A stretch of 64,000 bases of DNA from Clostridia bacterium. Its GTDB lineage: Bacteria > Bacillota > Clostridia > Oscillospirales > Acutalibacteraceae. The stretch covers positions 15,367 to 79,366 of the forward strand of contig JAFURT010000009.1 of the NCBI GenBank assembly GCA_017471765.1, in the 5' to 3' direction. The notes beneath the pieces are model-generated. The model did no database searches and had not been told where the DNA came from. It saw only the letters and a list, made by a program, of their open reading frames with translations. The position numbers and the translations under genes are program-made. Positions 30,826 to 40,739 of this stretch are shown one piece after another. Position 1 is the stretch's first letter. Each line of letters opens with the position of its first letter.

Positions 30826-30921
30826 AATACGTACCTCGTAAATGGGCTTTACACAGGTCAAGCAGAGAGTCCTGGCGGGCTCTCTGCCTGATCCGTTTTT
30901 GCCTGATTGTTGCGCAGACGC

Positions 30922-31707
30922 TTACTTCTGCTCGATGATGGAGGCCTGCACGCCATACTTTTCGGCCAGCTCCATCATGGTGCCGTCAGCATAGGTTTCC
31001 TTGAAGAATTTGTTTAGCTCGGCTACCAGGTCGGAGCCCTTGCGGAAGCCTACGCCGTACTCTTCGTCATTCAGACCAACGGTGTACATCAGGTCGGCAT
31101 AGCCGGTGCCCTCGCCTACCATGGCGCCAGCCATCAGGCTGTCGATGACGGCGGCATCGCTGGTGCCGGCCTTTACCTCGGACAGGGCGGTGGCCTGGTC
31201 GGCAACCTCAACAAACTGGGCGCCCAGAGCCTCTACCTGCTTCTTACCGGCAGAACCGGCCTCTACGGCGAACTTCAGGCCCTTGACGCTGTCCACCGTC
31301 TTGTACTGGTCGGCAACATCCTTCTTCACGATCACGATCTGCTGGTTGTTGCAGTAGGCGTTGGAGCAGGCCATAGCGGCCTTTACCTCGTCGGTCAGGG
31401 TCATGCCGTTCCACACCACGTCGATGGTCTTGCCTTCCAGCTCGAAGGCCTTGTTATCCCATTCGATAATCTGGAATTCTGCTTTTACGCCCAGCTTTTC
31501 GGCAAACAGGGCGGCCATTTCCGCATCAAAGCCGATCCAGTTGCCATCGGCATCCTGATAGTCCATGGGCTCGAACACGGTGATACCGACCACGAGGGTG
31601 CCCTTCTCCTTGACGTAGGCTACGTCGCCGGCGCCGGGAGCGCTACAGGCGGCCAGACAGCCTACCAGCATCAAAACAGCGGTCAATAAGGATAAAAACT
31701 TTTTCAT
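30922..31707 (-). CDS. Amino acid ABC transporter substrate-binding lipoprotein
   Basis: Signal peptide plus lipobox LAACS. SBP_bac_3-like (WNGMT, DAAVID). Confidence 0.85.
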   Translation of the reverse strand: MKKFLSLLTAVLMLVGCLAACSAPGAGDVAYVKEKGTLVVGITVFEPMDYQDADGNWIGFDAEMAALFAEKLGVKAEFQIIEWDNKAFELEGKTIDVVWNGMTLTDEVKAAMACSNAYCNNQQIVIVKKDVADQYKTVDSVKGLKFAVEAGSAGKKQVEALGAQFVEVADQATALSEVKAGTSDAAVIDSLMAGAMVGEGTGYADLMYTVGLNDEEYGVGFRKGSDLVAELNKFFKETYADGTMMELAEKYGVQASIIEQK

Positions 31708-31916
31708 AATCAATCGTCCTTTCATTCCTTGGGATGTGCCCTTATTATACAGTATCATTTTACCAAAGTAAAGTGTTAATTTGTAAAAATCTTATATTTT
31801 TTTAATTTTCTTGCTAAAAAGTGGAATTTTCTTGTCTTTCAGGGTGTTTATTTTCGGCAGTTCATGCTATAATGGAAGAAATTGAGACGATTTCTGTGAA
31901 AAAGGGGAGAGTGTGT

Positions 31917-32669
31917 ATGTATAACCGTGCAGGAATAAAGGAATGGGCCAAGCGACGCCTGGCGGAAAACCGTTGGCTCTTGGTGCTGGTGACCTTTTTG
32001 GGCGGCCTGCTGGGGGCGCTGGAGGGCGGCGGCACCAGCTTTAACTTCAACACCGACACGCAGGTAGAGTTGCCTGTCGACGGCCTTGCCCCGGTACTGA
32101 TGGTGGCGGTGGTGGTCATGCTGTTGTTTGCCATCGGTTACGGTGTTTTTGTGGGCAATGTGGTGCATGTGGGCTACCACGGCTGGATGCTGCGCTACGC
32201 CCGGGGAGAGCAGCCCCCTGTGGGGGAGATGTTTGCCTCCTTTCGCATCTACCTGCCTGCCATGAAGACCATGCTACTGCATGATGTGTATATTTTCCTG
32301 TGGACGCTTCTGTTCATCATTCCGGGTATTGTCAAGACCTACGCCTACAGCATGACGCGGTACATTATCTATGAAAACCCCAACCTGACCCCCGACCAGG
32401 CCATCACCCTGAGCCGTAAGATGACCGACGGGTACAAGGGGGAGCTGTTTGTCCTGGGTCTGAGCTTTGTGGGTTGGAATCTGCTGTCCGGTCTGACACT
32501 GGGGCTTTTGGGTGTTCTGTATGTCAACCCATATATGTATCTGACGCAGGCAGGCACGTATGAATGGCTTAAGCACAACGCCCTGCAAAGCGGCCGGGTG
32601 ACCTGGGCAGATTTCGGGGGGACCATGCCGGTGTGGCCGGAGCAGCCCCCTGTACAGGAGGAAGGATAA
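31917..32669 (+). CDS. DUF975 family membrane protein
   Basis: The AKRRL..NRW N-terminus and TM pattern are typical of DUF975. AAAGGGGAGA RBS before ATG 31917. Confidence 0.6.
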   Translation: MYNRAGIKEWAKRRLAENRWLLVLVTFLGGLLGALEGGGTSFNFNTDTQVELPVDGLAPVLMVAVVVMLLFAIGYGVFVGNVVHVGYHGWMLRYARGEQPPVGEMFASFRIYLPAMKTMLLHDVYIFLWTLLFIIPGIVKTYAYSMTRYIIYENPNLTPDQAITLSRKMTDGYKGELFVLGLSFVGWNLLSGLTLGLLGVLYVNPYMYLTQAGTYEWLKHNALQSGRVTWADFGGTMPVWPEQPPVQEEG

Positions 32670-32672
32670 CCG

Positions 32673-33608
32673 ATGGTCGATAGTTTTCTCACGGTGGCAC
32701 AGAATGTGCTCACGCTGTTTATTCTGATTGGTGTCGGCGCAGTGTGCGGCAAGGCAAAACTGCTCAACGACACCGCAGTCAAGGCCTGTGCCAACCTGGT
32801 GCTGTATATCGCTACTCCCTGTGTGCTCATCAAGTCCTGTATCCGGGAGTTCGACCCGGCTATGCTACGCGGGTTTCTTCTTGTGATTGCGGCGGCGGCG
32901 GTGAATCACGCCCTGCTCATTCTGGTGGCCCGGCTGTGCTTCCGGGACAAGGAGGAGGGGCGGCGCCGAGTATTGCGGTGTGCCACCATTTTTTCCAACG
33001 CCGGGTATATGGCTATTCCTCTGCAGCAGGCCATCCTGGGAGAGGACGGGGTGTTCTATTGCGCCGCCTATGTGATCGTATTCAATGTATTCCTGTGGAC
33101 CTACGGTGTGTGGGAGATGAGTGGTGACCGGCGGGCGCTGTCCCTGCGGGGCATCCTCCTTAACCCCGGGGTCATCAGCGTGGCGGTGGGGCTGTTCCTG
33201 TTCCTGCTGTCGGTGCCGGTGCCGGCGCTGGTGACGGATGCTATCGGGCATATGGGCAACCTGAACACGCCGGTGCCCATGCTCATTGTGGGGTATTATC
33301 TGGGGCAGACGGATCTGGCGGCGGCACTGAAGGACAGACGGAGCTACCTCTGCCTGGCCTTGCGCCTGGTGGCGATGCCCTTGCTGGCACTGGCCGGCCT
33401 TCTGTTGTGTGGGGTGCGTGGTACCCTGCTGGTATCGCTGATGATCTGCATCAGCACCCCGGTGGCCACCGCCTGCACCATGTTCGCCACCCGGTATGAC
33501 CGGCAGCCTCTGCTGTCGGTCAACTTGGTATCCCTCAGCACGCTGTTGTCGGTAATCACTATGCCTCTTATCATCACCCTGGCTCAATATCTGGGTGCGG
33601 CAATGTAA
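32673..33608 (+). CDS. AEC (auxin efflux carrier) family transporter
   Basis: 311 aa with about 10 TM segments. N-terminal pattern LFILIGVGAVCGK and FSNAGYMAIPL are typical of the family. Confidence 0.75.
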   Translation: MVDSFLTVAQNVLTLFILIGVGAVCGKAKLLNDTAVKACANLVLYIATPCVLIKSCIREFDPAMLRGFLLVIAAAAVNHALLILVARLCFRDKEEGRRRVLRCATIFSNAGYMAIPLQQAILGEDGVFYCAAYVIVFNVFLWTYGVWEMSGDRRALSLRGILLNPGVISVAVGLFLFLLSVPVPALVTDAIGHMGNLNTPVPMLIVGYYLGQTDLAAALKDRRSYLCLALRLVAMPLLALAGLLLCGVRGTLLVSLMICISTPVATACTMFATRYDRQPLLSVNLVSLSTLLSVITMPLIITLAQYLGAAM

Positions 33609-33637
33609 CAAAAAGCAAAAATTCTACTAGATTAGAC

Positions 33638-33666
33638 TTGACAGCCGCCGGGCCGTGTGGTATGCT
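33638..33666 (+). promoter_or_regulatory. Putative promoter of the SPFH gene (TTGACA-17-TATGCT)
   Basis: Hexamers read directly from the sequence. Confidence 0.45.
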
Positions 33667-33727
33667 GTTATTGTACGGCAGAGGGACTGCCGACGGTTAG
33701 TTTAGCAGAGAAAAAGGAGAGAGTTGT

Positions 33728-34675
33728 ATGCCGTTTTTGATTGGTTTCGCTGTGCTGGTGCTGGTTATCATTCTGGCTAATATCAAGATCGTGCCCCAGG
33801 CACACGAGTACGTGCTGGAGCTGTTGGGTAAATACCGCACCACCTGGTCGGCCGGTATTCACGTCAAGATTCCGCTGATTGAGAAGATTTCCAAAAAGGT
33901 TACCCTGAAGGAGCAGGTGCTGGATTCTCCTCCCCAGCCGGTCATTACCAAGGATAACGTCACCATGCAGATTGACACGGTGATCTATTATGCTATCTAT
34001 GACGCCAAGCTATACGCCTATGGTGCGGTGAACCCCATTTCCGCCCTGGCCAATTTGGCCGCTACCACCCTGCGTAACCTGGTGGGTGAGCTAGAACTGG
34101 ACGGCACCTTAACCTCCCGTGATACCATCAACGCCAAGATGACAGCGATTCTGGACGAGGCTACCGACAAGTGGGGCATTAAGGTGCACCGGGTGGAGCT
34201 GCGGAACATCATTCCCCCGGCGGAAATTCAGAACGCCATGGAGAAGCAGATGAAGGCGGAGCGCGACCGCCGTGAGACGCTGTTGCAGGCCGAGGGCCAC
34301 AAGGCCGCCGCCATCACCCGTGCCGAGGGCGAAAAGCAGGCCATGATCCTGGCCGCCGAGGGTGAACGGGATGCCCGTATCGCCCGTGCAGAGGGTGAGG
34401 CCCGGGCCATCTACCTGTCTAAGAAGGCGGAGGCCGACGGCCTGCGTGCGCTGAAGGAGGCCGGTGCGGATGCGGCCATCCTGGAGCTGAAAAAGTACGA
34501 GGCGCTGGTGGCTATGTCCAACGGCAAGGCTTCCAAGATCATCGTGCCCACCGATGCGGTGCAGATGACCAAGGCCAATGTGCTGTTTTCCGAGACCACC
34601 GGCCTGGGGGATGTGACCCCGGAGGCTCCCGAGGAGCCCAAGCCGGTAAAGCCCGACCCCTGTTGCGATGACTGA
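33728..34675 (+). CDS. SPFH/band 7 (stomatin/prohibitin-like) membrane protein
   Basis: N-terminal TM anchor, an SPFH core (ITKDNV...VIYY), and a C-terminal AEGE-repeat coiled coil. Confidence 0.85.
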   Translation: MPFLIGFAVLVLVIILANIKIVPQAHEYVLELLGKYRTTWSAGIHVKIPLIEKISKKVTLKEQVLDSPPQPVITKDNVTMQIDTVIYYAIYDAKLYAYGAVNPISALANLAATTLRNLVGELELDGTLTSRDTINAKMTAILDEATDKWGIKVHRVELRNIIPPAEIQNAMEKQMKAERDRRETLLQAEGHKAAAITRAEGEKQAMILAAEGERDARIARAEGEARAIYLSKKAEADGLRALKEAGADAAILELKKYEALVAMSNGKASKIIVPTDAVQMTKANVLFSETTGLGDVTPEAPEEPKPVKPDPCCDD

Positions 34676-34689
34676 TAAAAATGCCATTT

Positions 34690-34725
34690 CCCCGGCACAC
34701 TGCCCGTGTGCCGGGGTACAATTTT
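34690..34725 (+). terminator. Intrinsic terminator after the SPFH gene
   Basis: Stem ccccggcacac/gtgtgccgggg followed by a T-containing tail. Confidence 0.55.
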
Positions 34726-34818
34726 GTGCGGAGAAACCCATTGCAAAAGGCAAAACGGTGTGATATACTGAAACAGATAAGAAAAATCCCTGTTTGTCCT
34801 ATTACTTGACAAGAGGCG

Positions 34819-36282
34819 ATGGCTATGAACGAAAAAAAGAACCAATATTGGCCGGGTCTGCTGGTTGCCGGCTTTTTGGCCGTGGTCGAAGGACTGTTCC
34901 TGCTGGGGCTGGCGAAAACCGGCCTGTTGCCGGTGGCGTATCTGCTTATCGGCGTGGGCGGATTACTTGTACTGGTGGGGGCAGTATACCTGCTGGTGCG
35001 CCGCTTCGACCGTAAGGGGCGGTTTGCCGTGGGTTGTGTGGTGACAGCGGTACTGGTGGCCTTTACCGGTGTGGCGTATTATTATGTGGGGCATGGCGTT
35101 GGTGCCCTAGGGCTGATTACCCAGCCGGAAAGTCAGGTGGCCGGTGTGGGCGTGTATGTGGCGGCCGAGGACGCCGCAGACAGCATCCAGGCCACCAAGG
35201 GCTATACTTTCGGCGTGCTGGCGACGCTGGACAGGAGCAATACCGATGCGGCGGCTGACCAACTGGCTACCCTTCTGGGCGAAAAGCTGGAAATCCGGGA
35301 ATATGCCGGCTTGAGCGGCCTTGTGGATGGCCTGTTAACAGCCGGAGAGGTGGATGCCCTCCTGCTGAATGTGGCCTTTTTGGATTTGCTGGAGGATATG
35401 GAGGGGTACGAGACGGTAGCCGACCGGTTGCGGCAGGTGTTTATGGTGCAGGTGACCGAAACCACCACCACAACCCAGCCCACTCAACCGGAGCCGGAGG
35501 TGGAGGATACCGTTTTCACCATGTACATCAGCGGCATCGATGCCACCGGTGGCATCAGCGTGAAAAGTCGCAGTGACGTGAACATTCTGGCTACGGTGAA
35601 TACCGAGACGGGACAGGTGTTGCTCATTTCCACCCCCCGGGACTATTATGTGCCGCTGTCCATCTCCCATGGCATCCCGGATAAGCTCACCCACGCCGGC
35701 ATCTATGGCATTGATGTGAGCGTGGACACCTTGGAGATGTTGTATGATACCCAGATTGACTACTATTTCCGGGTGAATTTCACCGGGTTTGAGAAAATCA
35801 TCGATGCCCTGGGCGGCATTACGGTACACTCCCAGTACGCCTTTACCAGCAAAAAGCAAAAATTTGTCCAGGGGGCAAACCAGCTCAACGGCGCCCAGGC
35901 GCTCATTTTCTCCCGGGCCCGGTATACCGTGCCGGGAGGCGACCGGCAGCGTGGCCGCAACCAGATGGCGGTGATTAAAGGCGTTATCGATAAGATGACC
36001 AGCCCCGCCCTGCTCGGCAACTTTACCGCCATTATGGATGGGGTTGCCAACAGCTTTGAAACCAGTGTGCCCTATGAGGAGATTACCGCCATTGTGCGGC
36101 AACAGCTAAGTCGGGGCACCAAATGGAATGTCACCACCTACAGTGTGGACGGCACCGGGGCGACACGGGCGGTGTATTCTCTTGGCTCCAAGGCCTATGT
36201 GATGCTCCCGGACGAGGAAACAGTAGCCCATGCAAAAGAACTGATTAAACAGGTGGAGAATGGCGAGATTCCCACACCGTAA
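34819..36282 (+). CDS. LCP (LytR-CpsA-Psr) family cell-wall glycopolymer ligase
   Basis: TM N-terminus and the LCP core (SRSDVNILATVN, LISTPRDYYV, RARY...GDRQRGRNQ). Confidence 0.8.
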   Translation: MAMNEKKNQYWPGLLVAGFLAVVEGLFLLGLAKTGLLPVAYLLIGVGGLLVLVGAVYLLVRRFDRKGRFAVGCVVTAVLVAFTGVAYYYVGHGVGALGLITQPESQVAGVGVYVAAEDAADSIQATKGYTFGVLATLDRSNTDAAADQLATLLGEKLEIREYAGLSGLVDGLLTAGEVDALLLNVAFLDLLEDMEGYETVADRLRQVFMVQVTETTTTTQPTQPEPEVEDTVFTMYISGIDATGGISVKSRSDVNILATVNTETGQVLLISTPRDYYVPLSISHGIPDKLTHAGIYGIDVSVDTLEMLYDTQIDYYFRVNFTGFEKIIDALGGITVHSQYAFTSKKQKFVQGANQLNGAQALIFSRARYTVPGGDRQRGRNQMAVIKGVIDKMTSPALLGNFTAIMDGVANSFETSVPYEEITAIVRQQLSRGTKWNVTTYSVDGTGATRAVYSLGSKAYVMLPDEETVAHAKELIKQVENGEIPTP

Positions 36283-36327
36283 ACAGCACCGCCCCGGTCG
36301 ACAGCAACGTCGGCCGGGGCGGCTATG

Positions 36328-36816
36328 TTATACCGGTTTTCTTGTTGAGCGGATGATGCCGCAGGCCATTTTCTCCCCGGCGTTGCCGGCGGGCTGGGTG
36401 GTGAAATCATCCGGCATTGCGTGGAGGATGACCGCCCGGCCGAGAATGTCCGGCAAAGCAAACCGGTCGGTCAGCACGATGGAAAACGCCCGCCCTTTTA
36501 CGCCGAACAGCGGCGGCAGGTCTCCGGCGTGATAGGGGTGGGGGCAGTTTTGGGGGTTGTAATGGCTCCCCACCTCCCGGAATGGGTCGTCCGGGTCGCC
36601 GGCACAGGTGGTGCCACTGTGGATGTGGAAGGCGAACACCGGGCTATGACAGAGGCCCTTCCCCTTCGGCAGACCGGTGACCTCCGTCCGTACCAGCACC
36701 CCGTCTCTTGTGGGGAAGAATAGCACCCGGCCTCGGATGCCCGGGTATTTGTCGCTCCCTTTCAGGATAGCCTCTGCCAGCGGCTGTGGGCGGTGGGTTG
36801 GGTTTCTGTCTTGCAT
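36328..36816 (-). CDS. sodC: Cu/Zn superoxide dismutase family protein with no recognisable signal peptide
   Basis: FHIHSGTTC, GSHYNP, HAGDLPPL and ILHAMPDD metal-ligand pattern. Start chosen at the second ATG, behind an AAAGGAG RBS. Confidence 0.7.
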   Translation of the reverse strand: MQDRNPTHRPQPLAEAILKGSDKYPGIRGRVLFFPTRDGVLVRTEVTGLPKGKGLCHSPVFAFHIHSGTTCAGDPDDPFREVGSHYNPQNCPHPYHAGDLPPLFGVKGRAFSIVLTDRFALPDILGRAVILHAMPDDFTTQPAGNAGEKMACGIIRSTRKPV

Positions 36817-36870
36817 AGCTGCCACTCCTTTCCCCACAGTATATGCAGGAGGAGGCTGTCCGGTGAGTGA

Positions 36871-36902
36871 AAAAGCGGCAGACCGATTGGTCTGCCGCTT
36901 TT
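36871..36902 (-). terminator. Perfect 14-bp hairpin terminator after the SGNH triplet
   Basis: aaaagcggcagacc-gatt-ggtctgccgctttt. Confidence 0.7.
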
Positions 36903-36915
36903 CACCTGGTCTCTT

Positions 36916-37575
36916 TTACAGTGTCCGCAGGAAGCCTGCCAAGCGGCTGGCAATACGGGCGTGGCCGGCATCGCTGGGGTGCAGGCCGTCGGGCATAAAG
37001 CCCTCCCGGATAATCGGAACCTCCGGCTGGATGCCGCCCATGGCGTACAGGTTCAGCACCGGCAGGCCGTAATATTCCGCCACCTCCCGGATGGCCTCCA
37101 CATACCGTTTCAGGCAGGCGGCGGTGCGGATGCCCAGAGCGTTGACAGGTGCATCCTCCTCGCACCGGTGGGTGGGGGTCATCACCACGATTTCTGCAGT
37201 GGGGTATTTCTCCAACAGTGCCCGGTACAGGCAGTGGAGCGCCCCATAGAAGGTGGCAGGCTTCCGGTCGGCCATGGTGCCCAGTGGGGCGTCGCTGAAG
37301 TTAAAGTCGTTGGTGCCGCCGAACACCACCACCGCATCGGCCTTATCCGGCATATCCGGCACACGGGAAGCAAAATACCGGGATAAATGCTCAAACCCCG
37401 GTGCTTCCGGTGCCTGATTGGCGGCAATGCGGGTGCCGCTGATGCCGTCCGCCCATACGTGGGCGCCGGTGTTGCGGCCGAACACCTGCCAGTAGATATT
37501 CTCCGGGCAGGAGGCCTCGCCACCTTGCGTAATGCTGTCACCCAGGAAGAGGACGGTTTTTCCCTTTAGTTCCAT
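36916..37575 (-). CDS. SGNH/GDSL hydrolase, paralog 3 of 3
   Basis: 219 aa with the GDSIT, GGTND and DGLHP catalytic blocks. Confidence 0.8.
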   Translation of the reverse strand: MELKGKTVLFLGDSITQGGEASCPENIYWQVFGRNTGAHVWADGISGTRIAANQAPEAPGFEHLSRYFASRVPDMPDKADAVVVFGGTNDFNFSDAPLGTMADRKPATFYGALHCLYRALLEKYPTAEIVVMTPTHRCEEDAPVNALGIRTAACLKRYVEAIREVAEYYGLPVLNLYAMGGIQPEVPIIREGFMPDGLHPSDAGHARIASRLAGFLRTL

Positions 37576-37595
37576 ATAGGTACCTCTTTACAACT

Positions 37596-38255
37596 TTATA
37601 GTGTCCGCAGGAAGCCCTCCAAGCGGCTGGCAACACGGGCGTGGCCGGCATCGTTCGGGTGTAGGCCGTCGGGCATAAAGTTTTCCCGGATAACCGGAAC
37701 CTCCGGCTGGATGCCGCTGATGGCGTACAGGTTCAGCACCGGCAGGCCGTAATACTCCGCTACCTCCCGGATAGCCTCCACATACCCTTTCAGGTTGGTC
37801 ACATTCCGAACGCCCCGCCCGTTGATGGGGTCGTTTTCGTTGCACCGGTGCAGAGGGGTCATGAGGACAATCTCGGCATGAGGGTATTTTTCCAGCAGCT
37901 TGACGCACAGGCAGTGGCATGCTCCGTAGAAGGTGGTTTCCTCCCGGTCGGCCAGGGTGCCCAGCGGCGCATCGCCGTGGCCATAGTCGTTGGTGCCGCC
38001 GAAGACAACCACCACATCGGCCTCGTCCGGCATGGCCGCCACACGGGAGCCGAAATACCGGGCAAAGCTCTCGAACCCCTCCGGCTCGGGCGTGTACTGA
38101 GGCGCAATGCGGGTGCCGGCGATGCCGTCTGCCCATACCCGGGCGCCGGTGTTGCGGCCGAACACATTCCAGTAGGCATTTTCCAGACAGGAAGCGCCCC
38201 ACCCCTCGGTGATGCTGTCGCCGAGGAACAGGAAGGTCTTGTTTTTCAGTTCCAT
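37596..38255 (-). CDS. SGNH/GDSL hydrolase, paralog 2 of 3
   Basis: 219 aa with the same blocks. Start taken at MELKNK (the upstream ORF extension was rejected). Confidence 0.8.
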   Translation of the reverse strand: MELKNKTFLFLGDSITEGWGASCLENAYWNVFGRNTGARVWADGIAGTRIAPQYTPEPEGFESFARYFGSRVAAMPDEADVVVVFGGTNDYGHGDAPLGTLADREETTFYGACHCLCVKLLEKYPHAEIVLMTPLHRCNENDPINGRGVRNVTNLKGYVEAIREVAEYYGLPVLNLYAISGIQPEVPVIRENFMPDGLHPNDAGHARVASRLEGFLRTL

Positions 38256-38268
38256 GATGTATTCCTCC

Positions 38269-38928
38269 TCACAGTGTGCGCAGGAAGCCCTCCAGCCGTT
38301 TAGCCATGCGGGCGTAGCCGGCATCGTTGGGGTGCAGGCCGTCGGGCATGTACATCTCCCGGATGATCGGCACTTCGGGGTTGAGACCGCTTGTGCGGAA
38401 GAGATCCAGCACAGGCAGACCGTAATACTCCGCTACCTCCCGGATGGCCTGAGCGTAGCCGCCCAGACTGGCTACCATACGGATATGGGTCTCGTGATAG
38501 TTGGTATAAACCTCCTCGTTGCCGCAGTGCAGAGGGGTCATTAGTACGATTTCGGAGGTGGGGTAGCGCTCCAACAGCTTGAGGCACAGGCTGTGTACTG
38601 CGCCGTAGAAGGTGGTGGGGTCCCGATCGGACATCTTGCCCAGCGGGGCGTTGCCGTGGACGAAGTCGTTGACGCCGCCCAGCACTACAATGACGTCTGC
38701 ATCCGGATCCAGCTCGTCCACCCGCAGCTCAAAGTATTTCTCGCCCCAGGTGAATTCGGTTACGCCGGGCTGTTTGGCATAGCGTGTGCCGCCGATGCCG
38801 TTGCCGGAGACGATAGCGCCGGTGTTGCGGCCGAACACCTGCCAGTAGACATTCTCCGGGCAGGAGGCGCCCACGCCCTGGGTGATGCTGTCCCCCAGGA
38901 AGGCAATGCGTTTTCCCTTCAGTTCCAT
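38269..38928 (-). CDS. SGNH/GDSL hydrolase, paralog 1 of 3
   Basis: 219 aa with GDSIT, GGVND and DGLHP. Start taken at MELKGK. Confidence 0.8.
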   Translation of the reverse strand: MELKGKRIAFLGDSITQGVGASCPENVYWQVFGRNTGAIVSGNGIGGTRYAKQPGVTEFTWGEKYFELRVDELDPDADVIVVLGGVNDFVHGNAPLGKMSDRDPTTFYGAVHSLCLKLLERYPTSEIVLMTPLHCGNEEVYTNYHETHIRMVASLGGYAQAIREVAEYYGLPVLDLFRTSGLNPEVPIIREMYMPDGLHPNDAGYARMAKRLEGFLRTL

Positions 38929-38944
38929 TTGTGTCAGCTCCTTT

Positions 38945-39226
38945 TTAGTCGTCGAAGGTGAGGATATCCTTAAATTTTTCCTTAAAGATAGCGTATACCG
39001 TCTGCAGAGTCTCGTTGTCCTCCACAGGCACATAATTTTCCTCATCCTCGCTTACAGGCTGGATGAGCAGAATAATCACTTCGTTGTTGTCCTCGTCCAG
39101 GGGCAGGAGCACCAGGTATTCTTCCCCCTCGTATTCGACGACATCCAAAAACTCGAACTGCACCTCGTTGCCATCCTCGTCGGTGAGGGTGAGGATGCTG
39201 GAGGCTTCTTCTTCCGGGATACTCAT
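38945..39226 (-). CDS. DUF1292 family small acidic protein
   Basis: 93 aa. The pattern DEDGNEVQFEFLDVVEYEGEEYLVLLP is characteristic of DUF1292. Confidence 0.7.
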   Translation of the reverse strand: MSIPEEEASSILTLTDEDGNEVQFEFLDVVEYEGEEYLVLLPLDEDNNEVIILLIQPVSEDEENYVPVEDNETLQTVYAIFKEKFKDILTFDD

Positions 39227-39257
39227 GTTGCAAGGCTCCTTTCTGTTGTTGGCCGAA

Positions 39258-40739
39258 TCAGTACAGGACGTTTTTCCCCGGGAACTCCGGCTCGCAGGTG
39301 ACGTTCATCCGCATCTTCCGCAGGATGGACTCGTCGCCGGAGTGGAGGATCTGGGTGGAGTGAAGGTCACACCCACGCAGGCGGGGCAGCATGGCTACCG
39401 CCCGGGCGGCCACCTCGTCGGTGGCGGCGCAGATGTACAGGGCGGTCAGGGCGTCGTCCAGCTTGAGGGCGCTGGAGCGGCTGGCCAGCAGGTTTACCTT
39501 CAGGTCAATGACAGGCTCCAGCACCGCCCGGCTCATCAGCAGGGTGGATTTGGGGATGTCTGCCATCACCTTGATGGCGTTAAGCACCGCCGCCGAGCAG
39601 GCGCTGAGCAGGGAGGTGCCCTTACCGGTGATGATGCGGCCGTCGGGGAGCTGAATAGCCGCCGCCGGGGCTTGTACACGCTGGCTTTTTTCCAGCGCCG
39701 GCTGGACCACCGCCCGGTCGGAGGGCTTCAGTCCCAGCTGTTGCATGATCATTTTCAGTTTTTCCACCGTTTCCTGCTTCTCCCGGCCCATCCGCAGGTC
39801 GGTGACACCCTTGTAGTACCGACGGAGGATCTCCTGCCGACTGGCCTCACAGCAGGCCTCGTCATCCACGATGGCGTAGCCGGCCATGTTGACCCCCATA
39901 TCGGTGGGACTGCAGTAGAACTTATCGTTGCCGGTGATACGGGTGAGGATAGTCCGCACGATGGGGAATGCCTCCACATCCCGGTTGTAGTTGACGGTGG
40001 TGATGCCGTAAGCCTCCAGGTGGAAGGGGTCGATCATGTTCACATCCTGCAGGTCGGCGGTGGCGGCCTCATAGGCCAGGTTGACCGGGTGCTTGAGGGG
40101 CAGGTTCCAGATGGGGAAGGTCTCGTATTTGCCGTAGCCGGCCAGGTTGCCCCGGCGGTTTTCGTGATACACCTGAGACAGGCAGGTGGCCAGCTTGCCA
40201 CTGCCGGGGCCGGGGGCGGTAACCACCACCAGAGGCTTGGTGGTCTCAATATAGGGGTTAGCACCGTAGCCGGCATCGCTGACGATGTGATCCACATCCG
40301 CCGGATAGCCGGCGATGGGGTGGTGGACATAGTTGCAGATGCCCAGGGCATCCAGCTTGCATTTGAACTGGTCGGCGGCGGATTGGCCGGTGTACCGGGT
40401 GATGACCACGCTGTTGACGGCGATGCCCATACCCCGCACCATGTCAATCTGCCGCAGCAGATCCTGGTCGTAGCTCAGCCCCAGATCGGCCCGCACCTTG
40501 TTTTTTTCGATATTATCGGCACTGATGCAGAAGATGATCTCTGCCTGGTCGGCCATGGAGCGCAGCAACCGGATCTTGGCATCCGGCGCAAAACCGGGCA
40601 ACACCCGGGCGGCGTGGTAGTCGTCAAACAGCTTGCCGCCGAACTCCAGATACAGCTTGCCGTTGAACTGGGAGATACGCTCCAGGATGTGCTCCTTCTG
40701 CTTTTGCATATACAGCTCGTTATCAAACCCGATTTTCAT
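39258..40739 (-). CDS. DUF1846 (UPF0371) family protein
   Basis: MKIGFDNELYMQKQ...LYLEFGGKLFDD N-terminus typical of UPF0371. Start taken at the internal ATG. Confidence 0.7.
   Translation of the reverse strand: MKIGFDNELYMQKQKEHILERISQFNGKLYLEFGGKLFDDYHAARVLPGFAPDAKIRLLRSMADQAEIIFCISADNIEKNKVRADLGLSYDQDLLRQIDMVRGMGIAVNSVVITRYTGQSAADQFKCKLDALGICNYVHHPIAGYPADVDHIVSDAGYGANPYIETTKPLVVVTAPGPGSGKLATCLSQVYHENRRGNLAGYGKYETFPIWNLPLKHPVNLAYEAATADLQDVNMIDPFHLEAYGITTVNYNRDVEAFPIVRTILTRITGNDKFYCSPTDMGVNMAGYAIVDDEACCEASRQEILRRYYKGVTDLRMGREKQETVEKLKMIMQQLGLKPSDRAVVQPALEKSQRVQAPAAAIQLPDGRIITGKGTSLLSACSAAVLNAIKVMADIPKSTLLMSRAVLEPVIDLKVNLLASRSSALKLDDALTALYICAATDEVAARAVAMLPRLRGCDLHSTQILHSGDESILRKMRMNVTCEPEFPGKNVLY

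Noticed and set aside
36283-36327. GC-rich imperfect hairpin between the convergent LCP and sodC-like genes, considered as a terminator feature
   Set aside because: The stem has a mismatch and there is no clear U-tract on the plus strand. It may well function as a terminator, but the evidence is too weak to list it.
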